64,000 nucleotides of DNA, taken from assembly GCA_041551965.1 (NCBI GenBank), contig JBFELU010000001.1, forward strand, positions 5,132 through 69,131. Direction: 5' to 3'. The notes below the pieces were generated by a model, which was not told the origin of the DNA, did not search any database, and saw only the letters and a list, made by a program, of their open reading frames with translations. The stretch is from Acidimicrobiia bacterium. Its GTDB lineage: Bacteria > Actinomycetota > Acidimicrobiia > Spongiisociales > UBA11373. Positions 37,397 through 48,300 of the stretch are shown here, in pieces; positions within the stretch are counted from its first letter, which is position 1; each line of letters opens with the position of its first letter. Both the position numbers and the translations under genes were made by a program.

Positions 37397-39588
37397 GCGG
37401 CCGCGACCTCGCCTACCTCGCCTCGATTCCGATCGAACGAGTGAAGGGTGTCGGTGATCGGCTCGGACCGAAGTTGCGTGAAGCCGGAATGGAGAGCGTC
37501 GGCGACCTCCTCTTCCACTTTCCCCGGCGGTACGTCGATCGGTCACTGGTGGTGGACCTGGCCGGGGCCCCAACCGATCGCGAGGTGACCGTCATCGGGT
37601 CGGTACGCGGGTCGACGATCCGGCGGGTGCGGCGCGGTCTGACGATCGTCGAGGTCCAGGTCGCCCAGGATGTCACGAACTACGAGGTGCGGGAAGAAGC
37701 AGGGGTCTGGATCGCCGTGCCGAGGCACGGCGAGGAACTCCCGCTGATGTCCTTCCCCTCCCGTCGCCGGGCGGAGGAGTGGGTCGCCACCGCCTCGAGC
37801 CCCCAAGTCGTATGGGCCACGTTCTTCAACCAGCCCTTCAGGGAACGACAACTCACGGCCGGCACCGAGGTGGCCCTCTCGGGGAAGCTCGAGCGGTATC
37901 GCGGCCGACTCCAGATGAAATCGCCGGTCGTCGACGTGGTCGGCCGCGGCGGACACCGGAGGACGGGTCGCATCGTGCCCGTCTATCCCTCGCTGGCCGG
38001 TGTCGCCTCGTGGCGGCTGGAGCAGATGATCGCCAACGCCCTTCGCCGTTCGCGTCCGATCGAGGATCCGCTGCCCCGGGACCTCGTCGAGGATCAGCGG
38101 CTCCTCGATCGCGACGCTGCTCTCGCCGGCATCCATTTCCCCGAGGAGATGGGGGATACCGAGGCGGCTCGCCGGCGGCTGGTGTTCGATGAGCTGTTCC
38201 GGCTGGAGATCGCCCTCGCCCTCAAGAAGCACGCCCAGATCCGGGAGGCCCAGGGCATCGCGCACACCGTGGATGCCGCGCTCGTCGGGGCATTCCTGGA
38301 AGCGCTCCCTTTCGAACCGACCGGGGCCCAGCAGCGGGCCATCGCCGAGATCCGAACGGACATGGGTTCGCCCCACCCGATGCACCGGCTCCTTCAGGGC
38401 GAGGTGGGGTCCGGCAAGACCGTCGTGGCCATGGCCGCGCTCCTGACGGGGGTCCAGGGGGGTTACCAGGGGGCGGTGATGGCGCCCACCGAGGTCCTCG
38501 CCGAACAGCACTTCCTCGGCCTGGCCCCGCTGGCGGCGCTCGTGGGGGTGCGGATGGCGCTCCTCACCTCGAGTTCTGCGGATCGGGAGAGCACGATCGC
38601 AGCGGTGCGGGACGGCACGATCGATGTGCTGGTGGGAACCCATGCGCTCATCCAGGAGGGGGTGGCGTTCGATCGCTTGGGGGTGGCGGTCGTCGACGAG
38701 CAACATCGCTTCGGGGTGCATCAGAGAGTGGAACTCCGGGACAAGGCGACCGGGCCGACACCGGATCTCCTCATCATGACCGCGACCCCGATCCCGAGAA
38801 CGCTCTCGATGACTCTCTACGGGGATCTCGACGTTTCGGTGCTCGACGAGATGCCGACCGGTCGGGTCCCGGTGCGGACGATCGCCGCGCCGACGGTCGA
38901 TGAGAGCTACCCCCTCATTCGGGACGAGGTCGCGGCAGGTCGGCAGGCCTTCGTGGTGTGCCCCCTCGTGGAGGAGAGCGAGAAGCTGCAGGTGGCGTCG
39001 GCGACCGAGGAGTACGAGCGGTTCGGCAAGGTATTCGCCGATCTCAGCGTCGAGTTGCTGCACGGGCAGATGAAATCGGCCGACAAGGAAGCCGTCATGG
39101 CGAGGATGCGGGCCGGGGACGTCGACGTGCTGGTCGCCACCACGGTGATCGAGGTGGGCATCGACATTCCCAACGCCACCGTCATGGTGATCGAGGACGC
39201 CGATCGCTTCGGGCTCAGCCAGCTCCACCAGTTGAGAGGTCGCGTCGGACGAGGGGAACATCCCGGCATCTGTGTGCTCGTCGCCGATCCGACCACCCCC
39301 GAGGGGGAGCAGCGCATCGCGGCAATGCTGGCGACCACCGACGGATTCCGGCTCGCAGAGGAGGACCTGCGGATCAGAGGCCAGGGGACCGTCTTCGGTG
39401 CGCGACAGGCGGGGGCGGCCGATCTCCGGCTCGCCGACATCCTGCGTGACACGGACCTGCTCGTCGAAGCCCGGCGGATCGCCTTCGAGATGGTGGCCTC
39501 CGATCCGCACCTGGACGACCGGCCGGCCGTCCTCGACGAGGTCCGGGCACTGTTGGGCGACGCCGCCGAATGGTTGTTCATCTCATGA
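37393..39588 (+). CDS. recG: ATP-dependent DNA helicase RecG
   Basis: GTG 37393 overlaps the yloV stop (GTGA). It has the wedge FFNQPF motif, Walker A GEVGSGKTVVA, the VVDEQHRFG motif, and the TATPIPRT motif. Confidence 0.92.
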   Translation: MSGRDLAYLASIPIERVKGVGDRLGPKLREAGMESVGDLLFHFPRRYVDRSLVVDLAGAPTDREVTVIGSVRGSTIRRVRRGLTIVEVQVAQDVTNYEVREEAGVWIAVPRHGEELPLMSFPSRRRAEEWVATASSPQVVWATFFNQPFRERQLTAGTEVALSGKLERYRGRLQMKSPVVDVVGRGGHRRTGRIVPVYPSLAGVASWRLEQMIANALRRSRPIEDPLPRDLVEDQRLLDRDAALAGIHFPEEMGDTEAARRRLVFDELFRLEIALALKKHAQIREAQGIAHTVDAALVGAFLEALPFEPTGAQQRAIAEIRTDMGSPHPMHRLLQGEVGSGKTVVAMAALLTGVQGGYQGAVMAPTEVLAEQHFLGLAPLAALVGVRMALLTSSSADRESTIAAVRDGTIDVLVGTHALIQEGVAFDRLGVAVVDEQHRFGVHQRVELRDKATGPTPDLLIMTATPIPRTLSMTLYGDLDVSVLDEMPTGRVPVRTIAAPTVDESYPLIRDEVAAGRQAFVVCPLVEESEKLQVASATEEYERFGKVFADLSVELLHGQMKSADKEAVMARMRAGDVDVLVATTVIEVGIDIPNATVMVIEDADRFGLSQLHQLRGRVGRGEHPGICVLVADPTTPEGEQRIAAMLATTDGFRLAEEDLRIRGQGTVFGARQAGAADLRLADILRDTDLLVEARRIAFEMVASDPHLDDRPAVLDEVRALLGDAAEWLFIS

Positions 39589-40130
39589 GGATCATCGCCG
39601 GTTCTGCAAAGGGGAGGCGACTGGCGACCCCACCGGGTCTGGCGACCCGTCCCATGACCGGCCGGGTCAGGGAGGCCCTCTTCTCGATGTTGGGTCCGGC
39701 GGTGCGGGAAGCCCGGGTTCTCGATCTGTACGCCGGCACCGGAAGCCTCGGCCTCGAGTCCCTCAGCCGGAGTGCAGCCCGGGTGGTCTTCGTCGAACGG
39801 GCCCGCCCGGCGCTCACGGCCTTGCGCGCCAACGTCGCTGCAATCGGTCTCGGGGGCGAAGTCGTGGCCGCCGACGTCCTGGACTATCTCCGGCGAACCG
39901 ACGACGCCTTCGACCTCGTGTTCGTTGACCCCCCGTATGAGCTGTCGCTAGCGTCCCTGGAGCAGGTTCTCGGTCTCGTCGCAGCCTTGGCGACCGACGG
40001 CGGTGTGATCGTGCTCCATCGGCGAGCCGATACCGAGCCGGTGGCGGCACCGGACGGATGCACCGTCGTCGATCGCCGGCGCTACGGGGATTCCGGGATC
40101 ACCCGAATGGTGAAGGAGGAAGTCGGTTGA
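39585..40130 (+). CDS. rsmD: 16S rRNA (guanine966-N2)-methyltransferase RsmD
   Basis: The sequence starts MRIIAG..KGR.L..P....TRP and has the DLYAGTGSLGLE and DPPY motifs. ATG 39585 overlaps the recG stop (ATGA). Confidence 0.88.
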   Translation: MRIIAGSAKGRRLATPPGLATRPMTGRVREALFSMLGPAVREARVLDLYAGTGSLGLESLSRSAARVVFVERARPALTALRANVAAIGLGGEVVAADVLDYLRRTDDAFDLVFVDPPYELSLASLEQVLGLVAALATDGGVIVLHRRADTEPVAAPDGCTVVDRRRYGDSGITRMVKEEVG

Positions 40131-40600
40131 TCACCGCCCTCGTGCCCGGATCCTTCGACCCGCCGACGAACGGCCACGTCGATGTGATCTCCCGCTGCGC
40201 CGGTATCTTCGACCGGGTCGTCGTCGCCGTCGTGAGCAACCCCTCGAAGCAGTCGCTCTTCACCTCCGAGGAGCGCGTTGCCCTGCTGGAGGAGAGCTGC
40301 GCCGAGTGGCCCAACATCGAGACGGCTGCGTTCGACGGGCTCCTCGTCGACTTCGCTTCCGAGGTCGGTGCGGATGTGATCGTGAAGGGCCTGCGGGCTA
40401 TGACCGATTTCGACTACGAACTGCAGCTCGCCCAGATGAACAGGTATCTCTCGGGGATCGTGACGATGTTCGTGGCCACCAAACCGGCCCTCGGCTACCT
40501 CTCCTCGTCGCTCGTCAAGGAAGTAGCGCGGCTCGGTGGCTCGATCGACGAACTGGTGCCGAAGCCGGTGGCGGCGGCGCTCAAGGCGAGGTGGGAATGA
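40127..40600 (+). CDS. coaD: Phosphopantetheine adenylyltransferase
   Basis: It has the PGSFDPPTNGHVDVI motif. The TTG start at 40127 overlaps the rsmD stop. Confidence 0.9.
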   Translation: MITALVPGSFDPPTNGHVDVISRCAGIFDRVVVAVVSNPSKQSLFTSEERVALLEESCAEWPNIETAAFDGLLVDFASEVGADVIVKGLRAMTDFDYELQLAQMNRYLSGIVTMFVATKPALGYLSSSLVKEVARLGGSIDELVPKPVAAALKARWE

Positions 40601-41121
40601 GTGAGGAGCCCGAGGAAGCCAAGGAAGAACTCCCGATCCCTCCGCGGCTGGGGGAGCTGCTGGAACTCGTCGATGAGTTGATCCTCGCCGTGGAAGGGGC
40701 TCGCACCGTGCCCCTGTCCAGCAACGTGATGCTCGATCGTTCGCAGCTGCTCGACATGCTGTACCGATTGCGGGACGACCTCCCCGACGATATGCGAGCC
40801 GCTCGCTGGATGGTTCGGGAGCGGGATGCCTTCGTGAGCCGCACCAACGAGAAGGCGCGCGAGATGCTGGAGAGTGCCCGGATCCGATCCGAGGAACTGG
40901 TCGACGAGTCCTACATCGTCAGGGAGGCGGTGGAGGAGGCCAATGCCGTGATCCGAAGGGCGGAGGGTGACGCCACTCGGATCCGATTGGAAGCCGAGGA
41001 CTACAGCGAGAAGGCGCTCGAGGAAACCGAGGCGGTCCTCGCCAATCTGCTGGCTCAGGTCCGCCGATCCAGGGCCGAGTTGCACCAGGCCCGGACCCGG
41101 TTCCCCGGGGAAGACGCCTAG
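40597..41121 (+). CDS. Coiled-coil protein of unknown function (ATP synthase b / DivIVA-like heptad character)
   Basis: ATG 40597 overlaps the coaD stop (ATGA). The 174-aa Glu/Arg/Leu-rich helical sequence occupies a slot that holds a similar-sized gene in related actinobacterial synteny. Confidence 0.55.
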   Translation: MSEEPEEAKEELPIPPRLGELLELVDELILAVEGARTVPLSSNVMLDRSQLLDMLYRLRDDLPDDMRAARWMVRERDAFVSRTNEKAREMLESARIRSEELVDESYIVREAVEEANAVIRRAEGDATRIRLEAEDYSEKALEETEAVLANLLAQVRRSRAELHQARTRFPGEDA

Positions 41122-41155
41122 CCGCGCTGCGGCAGCGCATCGATACAATCCGCTT

Positions 41156-41659
41156 GTGCCCGCCAACCAGTCTCCCTTCCGCATCGGCGTGTCCGATCTG
41201 CTCCGCCATCCCGGTCGGAGGCGACGGGAGCCTCTCGCGGCTTCGGTCTCATGGGGTGTCGAGCTGAGTGCCGTCGATCCCACCGTGCCGCTCAACGGCG
41301 AACTGACCCTCGATGGTGTCGGCGGGGGCGTCTACGTGGCCGGTCGGTTGCAGGCCACCGTGGTGCACACCTGCCACCGGTGCACGATGCAGTGGTCGGA
41401 GGAGATCACGATCGAGGTCGGGGAGTTGATCGCGAGGGATGACGACACGGATTATCGGCTCGACGGCGAGATCGCCGACACCGAGCCGATGTTGCGCGAT
41501 GCCCTGGTGCTGGCCCTGCCGCTGTCCCCGACCTGTCGATCCGACTGCCTGGGACTTTGCGCTTCGTGTGGAGCCGACTTGAATACGGGCGCCTGCCCGG
41601 GGCACGACGAGGATCCCGAATCCCCGTTCGCAGCGCTCCGCGACATACTCGAGCCGTAG
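41156..41659 (+). CDS. yceD: YceD/DUF177 family protein (large ribosomal subunit accumulation protein)
   Basis: It has CHRC...W and C-terminal C..DC.GLC..CG.DLN...C.H motifs. It lies immediately upstream of rpmF, as is usual. Confidence 0.8.
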   Translation: MPANQSPFRIGVSDLLRHPGRRRREPLAASVSWGVELSAVDPTVPLNGELTLDGVGGGVYVAGRLQATVVHTCHRCTMQWSEEITIEVGELIARDDDTDYRLDGEIADTEPMLRDALVLALPLSPTCRSDCLGLCASCGADLNTGACPGHDEDPESPFAALRDILEP

Positions 41660-41669
41660 AAAGGCGCCC

Positions 41670-41846
41670 ATGGCGGTCCCGAAGAAGAAGATGTCCCGCT
41701 CCCGGACCCGGCGGCGGAAAGCTCAGTGGAAGGTCGATCGGCCTCGCACCTCCCGGTGCCCGCAGTGCAATGCCGCCAAGCTCCCGCATCGGGTGTGCCC
41801 CGAGTGCGGTACCTACCGGGGCCGGGAGGTGCTCACCGAGAGCTGA
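41670..41846 (+). CDS. rpmF: 50S ribosomal protein L32
   Basis: Translated by hand, because it is below the ORF-track cut-off: MAVPKKKMSRSRTRRRKAQWKVDRPRTSRCPQCNAAKLPHRVCPECGTYRGREVLTES. This is the canonical L32 N-terminus and zinc ribbon. Confidence 0.88.
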   Translation: MAVPKKKMSRSRTRRRKAQWKVDRPRTSRCPQCNAAKLPHRVCPECGTYRGREVLTES

Positions 41847-41850
41847 CGCC

Positions 41851-42834
41851 GTGGCCGCCCGCGTGGTCCTGGACGCCATGGGCGGCGACCACGCGCCGCG
41901 ACAGACCGTGCTCGGAGCCGTCGACGCGGCTCGTCGCGGCATCGAGGTCGTGCTGGCGGGTGACGAGGCCCGTCTCCGGCCGATCCTCGCCGAGATCGAT
42001 GCCGATCTCCCGGTGGTCCACGCTCCGGAGCACATCGAGATGCATGAAGACCCGGCGACGGCGATCCGGGTCAAGAAGGGGGCATCGGTCACCATCGCTG
42101 CCCGATTGGTCGCCTCGGGCGAGGTGGCGGGGATGGTCTCCGCCGGTTCCACCGGTGCCGCGCTGGCAGCAGCCGCCATCGTCATCGGGCGGATCGAGGG
42201 TGTCTCCCGGCCGGCGATCGCCACGATCTTGCCGCTCACCGCGCCCATGGTGGTGCTCGATGCCGGAGCGAACATCGACGTCAAGCCGCGACATCTGGCC
42301 GAATTCGGGGTGATGGGGTCGATGCTCGCCCGTGTCTATCTCGGGATCGAGCAACCCCGGGTCGGTCTGCTCAACATCGGCGAGGAGGCCGGCAAGGGGC
42401 GCGACCTCGAGCGGGAAGCGCACCTGCTGCTCGCCGATCTCCCGATTCGCTTCGTCGGCAACGTGGAAGGCCGCGAGCTCGGCACGGGCTCCGTCGATGT
42501 CATCGTCACCGACGGGTTCACCGGCAACGTCGTGCTGAAGAGCGCCGAAGGCACGGCACGCGCCATCGCTGGTCTCGTGCTCGAGGTCCTGTCATCCAAC
42601 GAAGACCCGGCGTTCCAGGAGGCTGCCGGCGTGGTCCTGCCCGGCCTCCTGGCGCTCCGGGAACGGGTCGATCCCGACACGCACGGCGGGGCCCACCTCC
42701 TCGGTGTCCGCGGCACCGTCGTGATTGCCCATGGCTCATCGTCACGACTCGCCATCGCCAACGCCCTCTTCATGGCCGCCGAGGGAGCCGAGCGGGGTCT
42801 CCCCGGGTTGATCGAGGAGGGGCTGCGTGGCTGA
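41851..42834 (+). CDS. plsX: Phosphate acyltransferase PlsX
   Basis: The GTG start gives VVLDAMGGDHAP, and the NIGEE and GFTGNV.LK motifs are present. Confidence 0.92.
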   Translation: MAARVVLDAMGGDHAPRQTVLGAVDAARRGIEVVLAGDEARLRPILAEIDADLPVVHAPEHIEMHEDPATAIRVKKGASVTIAARLVASGEVAGMVSAGSTGAALAAAAIVIGRIEGVSRPAIATILPLTAPMVVLDAGANIDVKPRHLAEFGVMGSMLARVYLGIEQPRVGLLNIGEEAGKGRDLEREAHLLLADLPIRFVGNVEGRELGTGSVDVIVTDGFTGNVVLKSAEGTARAIAGLVLEVLSSNEDPAFQEAAGVVLPGLLALRERVDPDTHGGAHLLGVRGTVVIAHGSSSRLAIANALFMAAEGAERGLPGLIEEGLRG

Positions 42835-43510
42835 CGATCTCGACGCCGTCGAATTGCGGCTCGGACACCGGTTTGCGGACGCAGCGCTGTTGCGCCTGGC
42901 GCTCGTCCATCGGTCCTTCGCCTCGGAGTACGAGGGCGAGGTCACCAACGAGCGCCTCGAATTCCTCGGCGATGCGGTGCTCAGCCTCACGGTGGCCGAA
43001 GAGCTCTATCGCTCCTGGGATCTCAGCGAAGGGGAGATGGCCAAGGTGCGAGCCGCCGTGGTCAATGAAGCTTCCCTGGCTGCGGTGGCCCGGGGCTTGG
43101 GCCTCGGCGAGGCTCTCCTCCTGGGGAAAGGGGAGGAGGCTTCCGGCGGGAGATCGAAGGCCTCGATCCTCGCCGACGCCATGGAGGCGGTGCTCGGAGC
43201 CGTGTTTCTCGACGGAGGTCTCGACGCCGCCCGCCGCCTGGTGCGCCAACGCTGGGGTGAGCTCCTGGCCGCCCGGGCCGACGCTCCCGGCCGCCTCGAC
43301 TACAAGACACGCCTCCAGGAGGTCCTCGCTCGCGACGGCCGAGTCCCCGAATACGAGGTCGAAGGGGAGGGCCCCGACCACGCCATGACCTTCACCGCCC
43401 AGGTGCGCATCGGCGGCGAGGTGGTGAGCTCCGGCTCCGGCTCGTCGAAGAAGCGTGCAGAACAGGATGCGGCTCGGCGGGCCCTGGAGCAGTTGCGCAA
43501 CCGTGCCTGA
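42827..43510 (+). CDS. rnc: Ribonuclease III
   Basis: It has the signature ERLEFLGDAVL and a C-terminal dsRBD (DYKT.LQE). Its start overlaps the plsX 3' end. Confidence 0.95.
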   Translation: MADDLDAVELRLGHRFADAALLRLALVHRSFASEYEGEVTNERLEFLGDAVLSLTVAEELYRSWDLSEGEMAKVRAAVVNEASLAAVARGLGLGEALLLGKGEEASGGRSKASILADAMEAVLGAVFLDGGLDAARRLVRQRWGELLAARADAPGRLDYKTRLQEVLARDGRVPEYEVEGEGPDHAMTFTAQVRIGGEVVSSGSGSSKKRAEQDAARRALEQLRNRA

Positions 43511-44333
43511 ACTTCCCGAGGTCGAAGCGACCCGGCGTCATCTGGCTCCGGTCCTCGTCGGCGCCACGATCGATTCGGTCACCGTTCGCAGGGAACGGAT
43601 GGTGCGGAGGCAGGAACGACCGGGGGATTTCGCGTCGCGTTTGACCGGGAGGCGGGTCACGACCCTCGATCGACACGGCAAGTTCCTGCTCGCCTCGCTG
43701 CGCGGCGATCTGACATGGGTGACGCATCTCGGCATGTCGGGCCGGTTGTCCGTTGCGTCGCCGGGTTCCCCGGAGCCCCGGCACACCAATGTGATCGTCC
43801 GCATCAGAGGCGGGTCGGAGGTGAGGATGATCGATCCCCGGACCTTTGGGTTCATGGCGGTGTTCACGCCCGGCGAACTCGAAGTCTCGTCGCTCGGGGC
43901 TCTCGGGCCGGATGCCCTCGACGACCTTCCCGAGGCGGCCGTCATGACAGAGCGGCTCTCGCATCGGTCCGTTGCGATCAAGGCAGTGCTCCTCGACCAG
44001 GGCTTCGTGGCGGGAATCGGCAACATCTACGCCGACGAGATCCTGTTCCGGGCGCGGGTGGCTCCGAACCGGCCGGCCGGGTCGCTGACTCTCGGGGAGG
44101 TCGAGGCCCTTCGCGATTCGGTCGTCCCGGTGCTGGCGGAAGGGGTGCGTCACGGAGGCACCAGTCTCGACGATCTGGCCTATCTGCTGCCCGACGATCG
44201 GGCCGGCGCCTATCTCGGCCGGTTGGCCGTGTACGGGCGGACGGGGGAGGCGTGTCGGGTCTGCGGCGGCGCAATCGAGCGGGCGGTGATCCGTCAGCGT
44301 TCCACCCACTGGTGTCCATCGTGCCAGCGCTGA
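43503..44333 (+). CDS. mutM: Formamidopyrimidine-DNA glycosylase (Fpg/MutM)
   Basis: The GTG start gives (M)PELPEVE. It has an H2TH region and a C-terminal zinc finger (CRVCG...WCPSCQ). Confidence 0.92.
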   Translation: MPELPEVEATRRHLAPVLVGATIDSVTVRRERMVRRQERPGDFASRLTGRRVTTLDRHGKFLLASLRGDLTWVTHLGMSGRLSVASPGSPEPRHTNVIVRIRGGSEVRMIDPRTFGFMAVFTPGELEVSSLGALGPDALDDLPEAAVMTERLSHRSVAIKAVLLDQGFVAGIGNIYADEILFRARVAPNRPAGSLTLGEVEALRDSVVPVLAEGVRHGGTSLDDLAYLLPDDRAGAYLGRLAVYGRTGEACRVCGGAIERAVIRQRSTHWCPSCQR

Positions 44334-45001
44334 TGCACCGGTTGGTCGCAACGGTGATCGTGATGGTGACGGCTGCCTGCTCCGCCACCGCCGCAAACAC
44401 GACCGATGCCGGGTGGGTGGCGGCGGAGGACTTCGCGGCTTCGGCGGGACGAGCGCTCATCGGCACCCGGTTCCAGGACTTTGGCGACGACTGGCTGGCG
44501 GAGCTGATCCTGGGGGCCTGCGACGACCTGACCGCCGGTCTCGCTCCCGAGCCGGGGATCGCCGAGATGGTCGCCGACGCTCCCGGCGGCGCTTCGGCCG
44601 ACGATGAGATCCTCGCAGTGGTCATCGGCGAGGGGATCGGCCAGCTCTGTCCCGACGCGGCTCGATCGGGTGCCGAGGCTGCGGTCGAGGAGTTCGTCGG
44701 AGCGGCGCTGAGTGCGGCGGCCGAGCTCGACCTCGAGATCGAGACCGATCGGGTCTTGGATGCAGGTGCCGTGATTTGCCTGACTCTGGCGTACGGGGGG
44801 AACGCCGAGGATGCGGTGCTCGCCGAGGTCGGTGCCCTCTTCGGTGTCACCGGCACGAGCGTGAGCGATCTCTCGACGCGCGGGGTGGTGTCGGAGCCCG
44901 AGGGGCTCCTCACCGGCGCGGTGTTGGGATCGGCGGTGAGCTTCCTCTGTCCCGAGCACCGCGATACCGTCGATGCGTACCTGCTCTTGCTGGGGGAGTA
45001 G
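44333..45001 (+). CDS. Cys-containing lipoprotein, function unknown
   Basis: ATG 44333 overlaps the fpg stop (TGATG). The signal sequence plus lipobox is MHRLVATVIVMVTAAC. The mature part is acidic and helical with several Cys residues. Confidence 0.55.
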   Translation: MHRLVATVIVMVTAACSATAANTTDAGWVAAEDFAASAGRALIGTRFQDFGDDWLAELILGACDDLTAGLAPEPGIAEMVADAPGGASADDEILAVVIGEGIGQLCPDAARSGAEAAVEEFVGAALSAAAELDLEIETDRVLDAGAVICLTLAYGGNAEDAVLAEVGALFGVTGTSVSDLSTRGVVSEPEGLLTGAVLGSAVSFLCPEHRDTVDAYLLLLGE

Positions 45002-45271
45002 ATGATTGCCAGGAAGATCGTGGTCGAGGGGATCGTGCAGGGAGTCGGGTTTCGCTGGGCGACTCGAGACGAGGCCGTCCGGCTCGGCATCGCCGGATGG
45101 GTTCGCAACCGCTCCGACGGCTCGGTCGAGGCCCATGTCGAGGGACCACCCAACGTGGTCGAAGCGATGCTCGATTGGCTGAGCCGGGGACCGATCGGAT
45201 CGGTGGTCGCCTCGGTCTCGGTCGAAGCCGTGGACCCGGGGGGTCTCGAGGGTTTTCGTGTCGTTCGCTGA
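45002..45271 (+). CDS. acyP: Acylphosphatase
   Basis: 89 aa with the motifs V.G.VQGVGFR and G.V.N..DGSVE. Confidence 0.9.
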   Translation: MIARKIVVEGIVQGVGFRWATRDEAVRLGIAGWVRNRSDGSVEAHVEGPPNVVEAMLDWLSRGPIGSVVASVSVEAVDPGGLEGFRVVR

Positions 45272-45313
45272 ATCCCAGCCGTGTGATTCTCGGGTGATAG
45301 CCTGGGCAAACCG

Positions 45314-48300
45314 GTGCATCTGAAGACGCTTTCGCTCGTCGGCTTCAAGTCGTTCGCCGACCGGACCCGGCTCGTGTTCGAGCCGGGGGTGACGGTGATC
45401 GTCGGCCCCAACGGGACCGGGAAGTCGAACATCGTCGACGCCATCGCATGGGTGATGGGCACCCAGGCTGCGAGCGCGCTCCGCAGTGAACGAATGGAAG
45501 ACGTCATCTTTGCGGGGACTGCGCTGCGCTCTGCGACGGCACGAGCCGAGGTCGCGCTCACCTTCGACAACGAGAGCCGCCGTCTGCCCCTCGATCTGCC
45601 GGAGATCACCGTCACCCGGCGTCTCCATCGCGACGGTACCTCCGACTACGAAATCAACGGAACACCCTGCCGGCTGCTCGATATCCAGGAGTTGCTCTCC
45701 GACGGTGGGATCGGGCGGCACCAACACGTCATCGTCGGACAGGGCAGGGTGGAGGGCATCCTCAACGCCGGTCCCGAGGAGCACCGGGCCGTGATCGAGG
45801 AGGCGGCCGGGGTCATCAAGCACCGGCAGAGACGGGATCGGGCCCTCCGTCGGCTCGAGGCCACCGAGGTGGATGTGCAGCGCCTCGAGGACCTGCTCGC
45901 CGAGCAACAGCGGAGAATGCGTCCCCTGCGCCGTCAGGCGAGGGCGGCAGAACGGTACGACGAGGCAAAGGCCGAGTGGCGCGCGCTGCGGCTCTGGCTG
46001 GGGGGCGAACGGCTGCGCGCCATCCGGGGCCGCCTCGAGCATCTCGGTCGCGAGCAGGCTACGGCCGAGAAGGCCGCCGAGACGGCGACCGCTCGCCTCG
46101 AGTCGATCGACGAGTCGCTCGGAGATCTCGCGGCAGCCGCCGGCGATATGGGCAAGGCCCTGGACCGCGACACGACCGCCGCCGCCCGCTTGGAGACGAC
46201 GCTCGAGCGGTTGCAGCGTATCGCCATGGTGGCTCGGGAACGGGGCGGCAATCTGCGGCGACGGATGGAGGGCCTCGAACATCGGCGCCGCGACCTCGAC
46301 GTCGAGGCTTCCGACATCGAGCGGGATCTCGAGCGGTCCCGCGGCCAGGCCGTCGGCCTCGGTGCCCGGCTCGAGCGGTGCGAGGTGGCTCTTCGCGCGC
46401 TCGAGGACGAGGAGCGATCGCTCACCGAGGAGCACGGCCTTTCCGCCGAAGGGGTGACGGCCCGGCTTCGGGGAGAACTGGCCGCTCTCGATGCCGCCCA
46501 CCGTCGCGATGACCAAGAGGTCGCCGAGATCCGGCGGCGGCTCGAGGTCGTCGAGGAACGGCTCACCGAGGACGACGCCGAGGCCGCGGATCTCAATCAA
46601 CGCATCACGACCGCCGATGCCGGAGTCGACGACGTCCGGCGGCGCTACGAACGAGCGGCCGCTCATCGTGAGGAAGTGCAGGCGGCCCTGACTTCGGCGG
46701 AGGAACAGGCGGTGGCGGCCCAGACGGCCCTCGCCTCAGCCGAAGCCCGCCTGGAGGTGGTGCTGGCATACGGTGCCGATGCCGCCACAGACCGCCTCGG
46801 CGACTTCGAGAGCGTGATCGGCCCGGTCCTCGAACTCGTGTCGGTGCCCTCCGGTTTGGCCGCCGCCGTCCATGCGGCGCTCGGCCCGTGGAGCGGCGCC
46901 GTCGTCGTTGCTGATTCGGAGGCTTTCGGGCCTGCGATGGAGCTCGCCGGTAGCGGGGCTCTCGTCGCCGCCGACGCGTCGGCGGCGGATGTCGCCGTCG
47001 CCTCCCTGGTCGACCACCTCGACCCGGGTCCCCATCGTCGGCTCATGGAAGCGTTGTTGGGCGACGTGGCGCTGGTGGAGACGTGGCGGGAAGGGCTCTC
47101 GCTGGTGCGCAGTGGGGGGGCGGCCAGGGCGGTGACACCGTCGGGGGACCTGATCACGCCGTTCGGGGTCCGGCTGGCGGGAGAGCTCGAGTCGCCCGAT
47201 GCGGTCCGAGGCCTCGTCGATCGAGCCGGCAGCGAGGCGGCGCGGGCGACCAGCCGACTGACCGTGGCCCGACGAGGGTTCGAGGATTCCCGAGCCGACG
47301 AACGGGCCGCCCTCGAGGAGCTCGAGGCGATCGAGACCCGAATCTCGGGTGCGGCGGAGGCTCTGCGGCTCGTGGAACGGTCCCGGTCCGAGTCGGAGGC
47401 TGAACGGTCCCGGCTCGCGGCACGGCTCTCCACCCTGGAGGAGACCGCCGTCGGCCGATCAGAGCGAATCGGCGACCTACGTCGCCGGCTCGACGCTTTC
47501 GAAGGCGAGGAAGCCGAACGGCAGGCGGCCTGGGAGGCGGTGACGGCGCGCCGGGTGGAAGTCGGATCCCGTCTCGACGACGTTCGGCGGGATCGGGAGG
47601 AGACGACCGCCGGCCTGGCCGCCGTCGAAGAGCGGATTCGGCTGCTGGAGCAGCGAGCCACCGAGGTGTCGGCCGCTCGGGAGGGTTTGGCATTGCAGCC
47701 GACCGACACCGGACCGGTGGAGCGGCTCGTGACAATCGAGGGACGGGCACGAGCTGCACTGGCTGCGGTGCAGCATCACCTGAGCGTCCTCCGGCAGCGG
47801 CAACGGGAACTCCGCTCTTCGGCCGGTGCCGCGGGGGCCCGGCTCGAGGCGGCGCATGCCGAGCGGGATCGGCTTTCCTCGATCATCACGGAGGCGCGAG
47901 AGCGAATCGGCCAAGGGGCGATCGAGATCGCCGAGTTGCGGGTTCGCGACGAAGCCGAAGCCGAGGGCTTGCGTCGCGATGTCGATGCGGAGGCCGCGGA
48001 GGCGTTGGCGGCGCCCCCGTGTGAGCTCCCCGATGGAGCCGACGGGTGGGAGCACGCCGCATCACTCGAGGCCCGGATCAAGCGCCTGGGCCCGGTCAAC
48101 CCGCTCGCCGCCGCCGAATACCGGGAGCTGGCCGAGCGCGCAGAATTCCTCGAGGGACAACTCGCCGACCTGGCGAGTTCTCGGAGCGACCTCGGCAAGG
48201 TGATCGCGGCGCTCGACGGTGAGATCGGGAGGCTGTTCGGTGAGGCGTTTGTCGAGATATCCGGCCGTTTCGAGGAGAACTTCTCGCTGCTCTTCCCCGG

